Source: Yoonia sp. (GTDB lineage: Bacteria; Pseudomonadota; Alphaproteobacteria; Rhodobacterales; Rhodobacteraceae). From it: DNA of 64,000 nucleotides. The notes under the pieces were generated by a model. That model was not told where the DNA came from and did not search any database. It worked only from the letters and a program-made list of their open reading frames with translations. A program made the translations under genes and the position numbers. The DNA lies in NCBI GenBank assembly GCA_047629435.1, contig JBLHXF010000014.1:801-64800 (forward strand), in the 5' to 3' direction. Every line of letters starts with the position of its first letter. The first letter of the stretch is position 1. Below are positions 31,129-39,238 of the stretch, piece by piece.

Positions 31129-31171
31129 TGCACGAATGCAGAGCCGCAGGCTACTATTGTGTATTTATGCA
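31129..31171. promoter_or_regulatory. Putative paired LysR operator boxes
   Basis: TGCACGAATGCA (31129-31140) and TGTATTTATGCA (31160-31171), 31 bp apart, in the divergent intergenic region. Confidence 0.4.
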
Positions 31172-31228
31172 AATGGCAGACGCGCCTAACCTAGCGTCAA
31201 GACATTCAAGCCTCAAAGGAATTTCATA

Positions 31229-32122
31229 ATGCATGCTTTGCCAACAAAAACCCGCGACATACATAGCCATCATTTTGACAGCACAATCTGGGACGACATT
31301 CAGTTTCGCGACGATGACATTATCATCGGAACTTATGGGAAAACTGGAACGACATGGATGCAGCAAATCATCAGCCAACTTATATTTAACGGTGAAGAAG
31401 GCCTGCCTGTTTCGGAGATGGGCCATTGGGTTGATTTACGCATTCCGCCCAAAGAGATGAAATTGCCCATGATTGAGGCCCAGACTCATCGCCGCTTTCT
31501 GAAGACGCATCTTCCCGTCGATGCGCTCGTTTTCTCAGAAAAGGCAAAATACATTTACGTCGCGCGCGATGGGCGTGACATTGCTTGGTCTCTCCACAAC
31601 CACCACCTAAACGCCAATGATGCGTGGTACGACGCGCTGAATAACACGCCTGGACGTGTTGGCCCTCCCATTGAGCCACCAGTTGGCACCACGCAAGATT
31701 ATTTTGAGAGCTGGCTCGACAATGATGGTGCGCCTTTCTGGCCTTTCTGGGAAAACGTCCGTTCTTGGTGGGCCATTCGCGACCTTCCAAATGTGATGTT
31801 GGTGCATTTCGCGGATCTGAAATCCGACATGGAAGGTCAAATTCACCGCATTGCCGAATTCATTGATGTGCCAACCGATCAGGTAACCATGGACCGCGTG
31901 CTTGAGCACTGCTCGTTCGACTATATGAAAGAAAACGCTGCGCAAACTGTTCCGCTGGGTGGTGCATTCTGGGATGGCGGCGCAAAAACCTTCATTCACA
32001 AGGGTAAGAATGGCCGTTGGAATGACGAGTTGCCGCAAGCGTTGAGTGAGCGGTATGAACAAACAGCCGTCATCCAACTGGGCGAAACCTGCGCAGAATG
32101 GCTCAAGAACGGCGCATCATAA
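31229..32122 (+). CDS. PAPS-dependent sulfotransferase (Sulfotransfer_1 family)
   Basis: 5'-PSB loop TYGKTGTTW, LKTHLP, 3'-PB RDGRD, C-terminal HKGKNGRW. Confidence 0.9.
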   Translation: MHALPTKTRDIHSHHFDSTIWDDIQFRDDDIIIGTYGKTGTTWMQQIISQLIFNGEEGLPVSEMGHWVDLRIPPKEMKLPMIEAQTHRRFLKTHLPVDALVFSEKAKYIYVARDGRDIAWSLHNHHLNANDAWYDALNNTPGRVGPPIEPPVGTTQDYFESWLDNDGAPFWPFWENVRSWWAIRDLPNVMLVHFADLKSDMEGQIHRIAEFIDVPTDQVTMDRVLEHCSFDYMKENAAQTVPLGGAFWDGGAKTFIHKGKNGRWNDELPQALSERYEQTAVIQLGETCAEWLKNGAS

Positions 32123-32182
32123 GCGCCAACTAGAGCGCAGACGCCACAATCTAACATCAATTTCGTTAGGGGATTTTTGCAG

Positions 32183-32536
32183 ATGTCACATTCAATCTTT
32201 CGCTCATTAACAATCTCAACCGCTCTGACATTAGGATCATGTCAGAGCGCGGCTGCCCAGGAAGCGGTCATGATCGTACAGCATCAAGTTGCCGATTTTG
32301 CGGAATGGAAGTCCATTTTTGACGGGGCACTTGCAACCAGACAAAGCGTCGGAGAAACCGCATTCGAAATTTTGCAAGACCCCGATGACTCCAACTCAGT
32401 TACCGTCGTCTTCCAATGGGATACGCTTGATCGTGCAAAGGCGTTCGCGGAAGATCCGGTGCTGGAAAATGGGATGCGCGCTGCTGGGGTGATATCCACG
32501 CCGGGTTTTACGTTCTGCAGGATTGCGAACTATTAA
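32183..32536 (+). CDS. Signal-peptide-bearing ABM-like (dimeric alpha-beta barrel) protein
   Basis: HQVADFAEWKSIFD..DPDDSNSVTVVFQWD..AKAF..L..M..AGV pattern after a Sec-like signal. Confidence 0.7.
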   Translation: MSHSIFRSLTISTALTLGSCQSAAAQEAVMIVQHQVADFAEWKSIFDGALATRQSVGETAFEILQDPDDSNSVTVVFQWDTLDRAKAFAEDPVLENGMRAAGVISTPGFTFCRIANY

Positions 32537-32573
32537 ATTCTCTAAATGCATGGCACCGTTCCTGCCAGTAACA

Positions 32574-32764
32574 GCGTTCGCGTCCAAACTCAAAACCGTC
32601 GTTTGTGCGCCGTGCAGCATTGGTCGGATTGGGCTCACTGCCGACCTTCGCTACGTTTGCACACGAAACCAACGCCAAACCGGACGGCGAGCGGCGGCAC
32701 TGCGGGCTTTTTTGCCGTTCGCGTTTCAATTGTCGACGGCTGCTTTTGGTTTTACAAGCGCTCG
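32574..32764. repeat. Degenerate 30-nt palindromic units with 15-nt spacers, cluster 2
   Basis: Units at 32574-32603, 32619-32648 (GGTCGG..CCGACC), 32690-32719 and 32735-32764. Confidence 0.65.
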
Positions 32765-32855
32765 ATAATATTAAATCAAAAAATCATGAGTTCGTGCGAC
32801 GGAACACAGCTGCTACGGCGTTTAATACTCGATAAATCTTTTAAGGAATCCCAAA

Positions 32856-33497
32856 ATGAAACCTATTCTCGCCTCGTTGGCTCTACTGGCCACATCGGCG
32901 CTGCCACTCTCAGCCGAAACCCTGTCTGCCGATGTTTGGGCCGACAATTGGTTCGAGATGCGCATTGACGGTGCGCAGGTTGCAGAAGACAGCGTGTCGA
33001 TCTCCACCGAGCGGTCTTTTAACGCTGAAAGCTTCACTTTTGAGGCCGAGCGCCCGTTTGTGATCGGTTTAGTCGCAAAAGATTTCAAGGAAAACGATAC
33101 CGGCTTAGAATATATCGGGGCACGTAATCAGCAGATGGGCGATGGTGGCGTGATCTTACAGATTATGGATGAAACGGGCGAGCTTGTGGCGGTGAGCAAC
33201 GATGGCTGGCAGTGCCTCGTTATCCATTCCGCACCTTTGGACAAATCCTGTGAAGGATCATCCAATCCTGTTGCCGGTGAAGGGGCCTGTGCATTTGAGG
33301 CATCCGACGAACCCGACGGTTGGGACACGGCTGATTTTGACGCCTCCGATTGGCCGCAAGCTGATGTTTATTCCGCGCGCGATGTGGGGCCAAAGGACGG
33401 CTACGATGAAATCACTTGGGCTGACGACGCCGCACTGATTTGGGGCCCGGATCTTGAGCAAAGCAATACAATTCTGTGCCGCCTGACTGTCGAGTAA
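32856..33497 (+). CDS. Secreted acidic lectin-like beta-sandwich protein (CBM67-like by motif)
   Basis: Signal peptide; WADNW..RIDG, GDGG, SNDGW, PDGW..DFDASDWPQA, ALIW. Confidence 0.7.
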   Translation: MKPILASLALLATSALPLSAETLSADVWADNWFEMRIDGAQVAEDSVSISTERSFNAESFTFEAERPFVIGLVAKDFKENDTGLEYIGARNQQMGDGGVILQIMDETGELVAVSNDGWQCLVIHSAPLDKSCEGSSNPVAGEGACAFEASDEPDGWDTADFDASDWPQADVYSARDVGPKDGYDEITWADDAALIWGPDLEQSNTILCRLTVE

Positions 33498-33519
33498 TCA
33501 TTTATAAAGGAGCCTGAAT

Positions 33520-34482
33520 ATGGCTTTTTCAAAACCTATCGCCATCACCGCCCTAACGGTGATCTCCTTCCCAACTTTTGCCCTCGCACACGAGGACCAT
33601 TGCAGCGCGGTTACGGCCTCGGTCGCGGACGCGGGGTTTGACGGCGAGGTGGTTGTGAGCTGTACCGACAGCCATGCGACCCTGACGTCGGACACCTATC
33701 CAGATCACGACCTGATGACCGGAATAGTCGGCACAAACGAACAGGTACCAGTGCCCGCAGAGTACGGCGCGCCAATTTTTCTGGCACCAGTCCTCAGCGG
33801 CACGCCCCTGACACGCGATGCGGCCTTAGGCGTCGCCGTCAACGGCGTGCCTATTTATGACTACACAGGCGGCGGCGAAATGAGCCAATCCGACCTCGCG
33901 CACCATCAAGCACAGCACGACACAATCCAGACCGGGCAACTTGACGTTTGTGGTGGCCATGCCGGGCGCGGTGACGACTACCATTATCACGCTGAACCGA
34001 CGTGTATGATTGAGCAGATGGCCAATGCGGGCGATGCCGCTATCATCGGTTGGGCCTTTGACGGGTTCCCGATTTACGGCGATGCAAACCCTGACGGCAC
34101 TGCAATTGCGGACGGGGCATTGGATGTCTGCAATGGTCAGGCCGACGACACCTTTGGCTACCGCTATCATACGTCGCCAGATGCGCCCTACATAGTGCAA
34201 TGCCTGATGGGTGAAGTCCCTGATTTTGACGCGTTGCCGCGTGTGCGCCCACTATCCGCAGCGACTGGCGGCGGTGCAGCACCCGGTCGCCCGCCCAGCG
34301 GTGGCGTTGAAGACCTTGTGTTCACCCAAAACGGCGATGACACCCGCAGCATGGATTATACCTACGAGGGTAATGCTTACTTCATCCGTTACACTCCGGC
34401 GGATGCGGATGGGTGTTACGCCTTCACGACACAAACAGTCACCAACGACGGTGAACTGATGACGGGCGAGTTTTGCAGATGA
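33520..34482 (+). CDS. Secreted YHYH-domain protein
   Basis: Signal peptide; GVAVNGVPIY, CGGHAGRGDDYHYH, GWAFDGFPIYG, LDVCNG, YRYH. Confidence 0.88.
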   Translation: MAFSKPIAITALTVISFPTFALAHEDHCSAVTASVADAGFDGEVVVSCTDSHATLTSDTYPDHDLMTGIVGTNEQVPVPAEYGAPIFLAPVLSGTPLTRDAALGVAVNGVPIYDYTGGGEMSQSDLAHHQAQHDTIQTGQLDVCGGHAGRGDDYHYHAEPTCMIEQMANAGDAAIIGWAFDGFPIYGDANPDGTAIADGALDVCNGQADDTFGYRYHTSPDAPYIVQCLMGEVPDFDALPRVRPLSAATGGGAAPGRPPSGGVEDLVFTQNGDDTRSMDYTYEGNAYFIRYTPADADGCYAFTTQTVTNDGELMTGEFCR

Positions 34483-35033
34483 GCCGGTACACCGCCATAT
34501 GCACCATCGCATCGATCTGCGCATTACTGGCAACCGCCAGTATGGCGCAGGACACCTTCACCCTATCCAGTCCTGAAATTGTGGATGGGGGCGTGCTCCC
34601 GGCTGCGCTGAAATGCACCCGCGATGGTGGCGATGGCGTATCACCTGCGCTGGCGTGGTCGGACGTTCCTGCTGGGACTGAAAGCCTTGCAGTGATCATG
34701 CACCATTATCCAAGAGGCGCAGTGGCTGGGCGCGATACCCCCAGTCAATACTGGCTGTTGTGGAACATCCCACCAAACACGTTCGAACTCGAACGTGCCA
34801 ACCCGCTTTCTATCGGGGACGAAGGCGCTGACAAAGACAAACGGCACACAGGCTATACGCCGCCGTGTTCGCCAGCAGGTTCTGCGCATGAATACACAGT
34901 CACTGTTTATGCATTGGATGCGCCACTCACCAGCCTACCAGAAAACAACGACATTTCTGTCGATTGGGAAACGTTGACTGCGGCCATGGCTGACAAAGTA
35001 GTCGCAAGCTCACAAATCAGTTTTAAGAATTAG
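34479..35033 (+). CDS. Secreted YbhB/YbcL (PEBP/RKIP-like) protein with atypical pocket
   Basis: FTLSSP..G, SPALAWSDVPAGTESLAVIM, WNIP, YTPPC..HEY..VYALD; ATGA overlap with the YHYH gene. Confidence 0.88.
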   Translation: MSRYTAICTIASICALLATASMAQDTFTLSSPEIVDGGVLPAALKCTRDGGDGVSPALAWSDVPAGTESLAVIMHHYPRGAVAGRDTPSQYWLLWNIPPNTFELERANPLSIGDEGADKDKRHTGYTPPCSPAGSAHEYTVTVYALDAPLTSLPENNDISVDWETLTAAMADKVVASSQISFKN

Positions 35034-35051
35034 AAAATTCTTGGCATCGGG

Positions 35052-35126
35052 CCCGCGCCAAACAGCTCCAAAGCTGCCGTTCGTTGCGGCGCAGAAGAAT
35101 TGCACTTTGGGCTCTGAACCGACTTT
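35052..35126. repeat. Degenerate 30-nt palindromic units with 15-nt spacer, cluster 3
   Basis: ..CAAAGCTGCCGTT (35052-35081), spacer CGTTGCGGCGCAGAA, ..CTTTGGGCTCTGAACCGACTTT (35097-35126). Confidence 0.6.
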
Positions 35127-35394
35127 AATCCAACTCAGTCCACGGCCAGGGTTTTACTTCTGATGCCGCGGTCTGATACCGCACAGATTTGGCCATCCAA
35201 ACGCCCATCGTTGTGCCAAACTCGGCCAATTGCTCATTTGGCTGACGTTTGTTCACCACCATAATGATGAACTGAATAACCGCGATGATCCAAAACAGGC
35301 TTTGTGCAAAACTAAGCAACACACCTATGATGATCATGCTGACCAGACGCATCCAAAGGCTTTCGTAATCGCTGGGGGTTTCTTCATCATTCAT
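35125..35394 (-). CDS. DUF4389-like small membrane protein
   Basis: WMRLVSMII..QFI..NEQLAEFG..W..Y..KPWPW pattern; family name from recall. Confidence 0.75.
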   Translation of the reverse strand: MNDEETPSDYESLWMRLVSMIIIGVLLSFAQSLFWIIAVIQFIIMVVNKRQPNEQLAEFGTTMGVWMAKSVRYQTAASEVKPWPWTELD

Positions 35395-36355
35395 GTGCGT
35401 TTCCTGCGGTAAATACCATATCCATCATCTCTTGTGTGCCACGAGAGAACGACAGCGGGCAAGGATAAGCTGCACCAGTGGCAACGGACCTCTCAAAATT
35501 CTCAACCTGAAGCACATATTGGTTCACCGCAGGCCAACGCTCAGTTACAACCCGCTGGCCATCATTTTCCAAGATCAGCTCTGCGATATTATGCACATTC
35601 GCGTTAAACGGACAGGTCAGGGTCAAGAACCCCGTGTCGCCATGAAACGTGACTGACTGGCGTGGCTGCATACGGATTGACACCGTCGCACCATAGGTGA
35701 AATCTGGAAATTCAGCAGCGACATGGGCGAAAACATCAACATCATTCTCAAACGTCAAATTGGCATAGGGGATGCTGACAGGGTCTTGCCCACTGACAAA
35801 CCGCGCGGCACCAAAGGCATAAACGCCAATATCCCGCAGTCCGCCGCCACCCGTCTCAGGCTTATTACGAATATCGCCGACGGCATCTGCATTGTTAAAA
35901 CTGAACACGCAATCCACATGGCGCAAGCGACCAATCGCACCGCCCTGCACCAATTCGCGTGCGCGGATGAACTGCGGATGATGCACAATCATATAGGCCT
36001 CTGCACACAGCTTGCCCGTAGCATCGGCAGCTGCCTGCAACTGGTCAAACTCTGATGCCTGCATTGTAATCGGCTTTTCACACAGCACATGTTTGCCAGC
36101 AGCCAAGGCTTTTAGCGTCCAAGGCACATGCAGATGGTTCGGCAACGGGATATAAACCGCATCAATCGCAGGATCGGCCAACAACGCGTCGTAGGTGTCA
36201 AATACCTGCAGGTCCGGCGCGATGGCTGTAAACGGCGCGGCCTTTGCAGGATCAGATGTTGCCAATGCGACTAACTGCGCACCACGTGCCGTATGAATGG
36301 CTGGCGCCATATGATTTGACGCAAATCGCGACGCCCCTAGAATCCCCCAACGCAT
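35387..36355 (-). CDS. Gfo/Idh/MocA family oxidoreductase
   Basis: RWGILGAS, DAVYIPLPNHLH, KHVLCEKP, GGGLRDIGVY. Confidence 0.92.
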   Translation of the reverse strand: MRWGILGASRFASNHMAPAIHTARGAQLVALATSDPAKAAPFTAIAPDLQVFDTYDALLADPAIDAVYIPLPNHLHVPWTLKALAAGKHVLCEKPITMQASEFDQLQAAADATGKLCAEAYMIVHHPQFIRARELVQGGAIGRLRHVDCVFSFNNADAVGDIRNKPETGGGGLRDIGVYAFGAARFVSGQDPVSIPYANLTFENDVDVFAHVAAEFPDFTYGATVSIRMQPRQSVTFHGDTGFLTLTCPFNANVHNIAELILENDGQRVVTERWPAVNQYVLQVENFERSVATGAAYPCPLSFSRGTQEMMDMVFTAGNAHE

Positions 36356-36472
36356 GATAATCCCTTCAAAAACCTAAAACTGATGTTAGCGCCAACATTT
36401 CGACATGCAATCGGTTGTCGGCACTTGTGCCCTTAATTACCGCCAAAGGACGCATCACGTTTGATTCCCCAT

Positions 36473-36498
36473 AAAAAAAGGCCCCGCACAGCGGAGCC
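36473..36498 (-). terminator. Intrinsic terminator after rpoH
   Basis: GGCTCCGC-TGT-GCGGGGCC followed by T7 on the minus strand. Confidence 0.8.
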
Positions 36499-36523
36499 CT
36501 TCTAATTCAATTACACATCAGCG

Positions 36524-37420
36524 TTATGCATCAGCAAACATCCCGCGCTTGCGCGCCAATTCTTGCATCCGCACCTGCAGTTTTTCAAACGCGCGCACTT
36601 CAATCTGACGAATGCGTTCGCGGCTAACATTGTACTGCCCGCTCAAATCCTCAAGCGTGATCGTTTCCTCGGCCAAACGGCGCTGCATCAAAATGTCCTT
36701 TTCACGATCATTCAGCACATCCATCGATTCAGCCAACATCTCGCGGCGCACAGTCATCTCATCGGACGATTCATAGTCTTGGGCCGTGTTTACGCTTTCG
36801 TCTTCAAGCCAATCCTGCCACTGCGTGGCGCTATCACCGTCAGACCCGACCATCGCATTCAGCGACGCATCCCCGCCAGACAAACGGCGATTCATCGACA
36901 CGACTTCTTTTTCGGTCACGCCAAGGTCGGTCGCAATCCGTGTCACATTTTCTGGACGCAAATCGCCCTCTTCCAATGCGCCAATCCGATTTTTGGCTTT
37001 GCGCAGGTTGAAAAACAACTTCTTTTGAGCAGATGTTGTGCCAAGCTTGACCATCGACCAAGACCGCAGAACATATTCCTGAATTGACGCACGGATCCAC
37101 CACATGGCATAGGTCGCCAGACGGAAACCCTTTTCAGGATCAAACTTTTTAACAGCTTGCATCAGGCCCACATTGGCCTCTGAAATCACTTCAGCCTGCG
37201 GCAAACCGTACCCACGGTACCCCATGGCGATTTTGGCCGCGAGACGCAGGTGCGACGTGACCATCTGGTGCGCAGCATCCGTGTCTTCATGGTCGACCCA
37301 GCGTTTGGCCAACATATATTCCTGTTCCGGCTCAAGCATCGGAAATTTCCGAATGTCCTGCATATAGCGGTTCAGACCTTGCTCCGGTGACGGTGCAGGT
37401 AGATTTTTTAAATTACTCAT
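36524..37420 (-). CDS. rpoH: RNA polymerase sigma-32 factor
   Basis: HLRLAAKIAMGYRGYGLP, GFRLATYAMWWIRA, RpoH box [19 protein letters not shown]. Confidence 0.97.
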   Translation of the reverse strand: MSNLKNLPAPSPEQGLNRYMQDIRKFPMLEPEQEYMLAKRWVDHEDTDAAHQMVTSHLRLAAKIAMGYRGYGLPQAEVISEANVGLMQAVKKFDPEKGFRLATYAMWWIRASIQEYVLRSWSMVKLGTTSAQKKLFFNLRKAKNRIGALEEGDLRPENVTRIATDLGVTEKEVVSMNRRLSGGDASLNAMVGSDGDSATQWQDWLEDESVNTAQDYESSDEMTVRREMLAESMDVLNDREKDILMQRRLAEETITLEDLSGQYNVSRERIRQIEVRAFEKLQVRMQELARKRGMFADA

Positions 37421-37459
37421 GTCTCTTATCCCCTCCCAATGTTTAAGGTCTTAACATGG

Positions 37460-37488
37460 ATATGGGCCTTACTGTGATCCGTTTCAAG
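37460..37488 (-). promoter_or_regulatory. Putative sigma32-type promoter upstream of rpoH (CTTGAA-N15-GCCCATAT)
   Basis: Close to the CTTGAA-N13-15-CCCCATNT consensus, 40 nt upstream of the rpoH ATG. Confidence 0.6.
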
Positions 37489-37582
37489 ACCACTTAGGCA
37501 ATAACCATGAATCAAATATGAATAAGACAGTCGGCATTTTGAAGAGCTATGTCAGTGCGCTCACGCACATGGGACGTTTGTT

Positions 37583-38614
37583 TCAGACAGTCCCGCCAAG
37601 GCCCGTGATCAAAGCGACCATATCAGCTGGCAGCTTCGCTTCAAATTCCATGAATTCTTCGGTGACAGGATGCACAAACCCCAGTGACGCCGCATGCAAC
37701 GCCTGACGTTTGAACGCATCAACGGCAGCAATACCCACCTCGCCCACAGCTTTAGGCGACAGTTTGCGCTTGCCACCATAAGTTGGGTCACCAATCAACG
37801 AATGGCCGCAATGGGCCATATGAACGCGAATTTGGTGAGTGCGGCCCGTTTCCAGCCAACATTCGATTAATGCAGCGACCGGTACCGCGCCAAGCGGCTG
37901 CAACGTCCGACTACGCGTAATTGCATGGCGACCAACAGTAAACGACACGGCCTGACGCTGGCGATCCGTTTTATGACGACCCAAGAACGTCTGGACTTTC
38001 AAAATATTGCCCAGTTCAAAAGACGTGCCCTTGATCCCGCGCAAACGCGGATCATTCGCCTCTGGGACTCCGTAACAAACCGCCATGTAACGCCGCTCCA
38101 CCGTATGATCGGCAAACTGCTTGGCCAGACTATGGTGCGCACGGTCCGACTTTGCCGCGATCAGCAGTCCAGTGGTTTCTTTATCAATTCGGTGCACAAT
38201 TCCGGGGCGCTTCATGCCACCAACACCCGAAAGGGTATCGCCGCAATGATGGATCAACGCATTGACCAAGGTGCCGCTCGGCGTGCCGGGAGCCGGATGC
38301 ACAACCATGCCAGACGGTTTATTGATCACGATCAGATCATCGTCTTCATACACAACGTCCAGTGGAATATCTTCAGGACCAATGTGGCTTTCCTCAGCGA
38401 CATCTACTGTGACAGAAATCTGGGCACCAGCCACAACGCGAAACCGCGGGTCAGTGACAACAACACCATCAACGGCAACGGACCCCGCCTCAATCAGCTT
38501 AGCCAATCGGGATCGAGACAAGGATGCATCCATAGGCACATCGCGGCCCAACGCTTTATCCAAACGGGGCGGCGGCGCATCTGCGATCTCGAATGATACA
38601 ATTGTCTGACCCAT
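37583..38614 (-). CDS. rluD: RluA/RluD family pseudouridine synthase
   Basis: S4 domain, NKPSGMVVHP, GIVHRIDKETTG, LETGRTHQIRVH, QALHA. Start 38614 (or 38623). Confidence 0.93.
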   Translation of the reverse strand: MGQTIVSFEIADAPPPRLDKALGRDVPMDASLSRSRLAKLIEAGSVAVDGVVVTDPRFRVVAGAQISVTVDVAEESHIGPEDIPLDVVYEDDDLIVINKPSGMVVHPAPGTPSGTLVNALIHHCGDTLSGVGGMKRPGIVHRIDKETTGLLIAAKSDRAHHSLAKQFADHTVERRYMAVCYGVPEANDPRLRGIKGTSFELGNILKVQTFLGRHKTDRQRQAVSFTVGRHAITRSRTLQPLGAVPVAALIECWLETGRTHQIRVHMAHCGHSLIGDPTYGGKRKLSPKAVGEVGIAAVDAFKRQALHAASLGFVHPVTEEFMEFEAKLPADMVALITGLGGTV

Positions 38615-38656
38615 GGGGGACATCCTTTTTAATCGGCAAAACTGATCAGAGGAGGA

Positions 38657-38733
38657 TGGTACCGCCTCCCCGGCTTGAACGGGGGACCTCTGGTTCCACA
38701 AACCAGCGCTCTAACCAACTGAGCTAAGGCGGC
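38657..38733 (-). tRNA. tRNA-His(GUG)
   Basis: 77-nt cloverleaf: acceptor GCCGCCT/AGGCGGT, anticodon arm CTGGT-TTGTGGA-ACCAG, T arm CCCCG-TTCAAGC-CGGGG, A73, encoded CCA. Confidence 0.97.
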
Positions 38734-38862
38734 ATTGAGGTCGATTTAGCGGGATGCGGATTTGAATGCAATACCCAAGGGTGCGAAAATCGTGCCCGTT
38801 TGCTTGCCATTGTGCAGCGACACAGGCTAGATCAGCCAAAGTCCAACCAAATGAGGGTCCCC

Positions 38863-39054
38863 ATGGGTATCAATGACGAACGCGACGTAGAAGCAAACAT
38901 GCAGATCGGCCCAACCGAAGCAGGCATGGTGCGTATTTTCATCGAAGCCGGCGGCACCGAAATCCCGATGGATTTTGAACCCGAAGAAGCCGAAGAAATC
39001 GCGGAAGAGCTACGGGCTGGCGCAATGGCGGCGCGGGCGATTAAGAAGCGTTGA
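38863..39054 (+). CDS. Small acidic conserved protein (DUF6324-like)
   Basis: MGIND..NMQIGPT..GMVRIFIE..PMDFEPEEAEEIAEEL; family name from recall. Confidence 0.75.
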   Translation: MGINDERDVEANMQIGPTEAGMVRIFIEAGGTEIPMDFEPEEAEEIAEELRAGAMAARAIKKR

Positions 39055-39238
39055 TTCATTCGCTTTTTAGCTGAAGTATTTCACAGATGTGGGGCCCAAA
39101 CTTAGCCTTTTTTCGTCAGGTAATATCTGCGAAACCCTGCGGCAGAAAATGACGGTCAACAGCTGAAAAAACTCGATGACATTTCATTGCCTCAAACAAG
39201 AACTAGGTTCTTTAATTTCGGCGTAGAAACATGCTTGG

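Noticed and set aside
30086-35126. 30/15-nt periodic units read as a CRISPR array or classical attC sites
   Set aside because: Units are too degenerate and few, spacers are only 15 nt, no cas genes, and canonical RYYYAAC/GTTRRRY ends are not consistently present.
38615-38701. N-terminal extension of the rluD ORF in the track
   Set aside because: It runs through the tRNA-His gene; the real start is 38614 or 38623.
39080-39183. Possible fourth cluster of the 30-nt palindrome family next to the orphan gene
   Set aside because: Only partial matches (GGGCCCAAAC..GCCTT; AATGAC..GACATT) and the 30/15 spacing is not kept; needs a profile scan.
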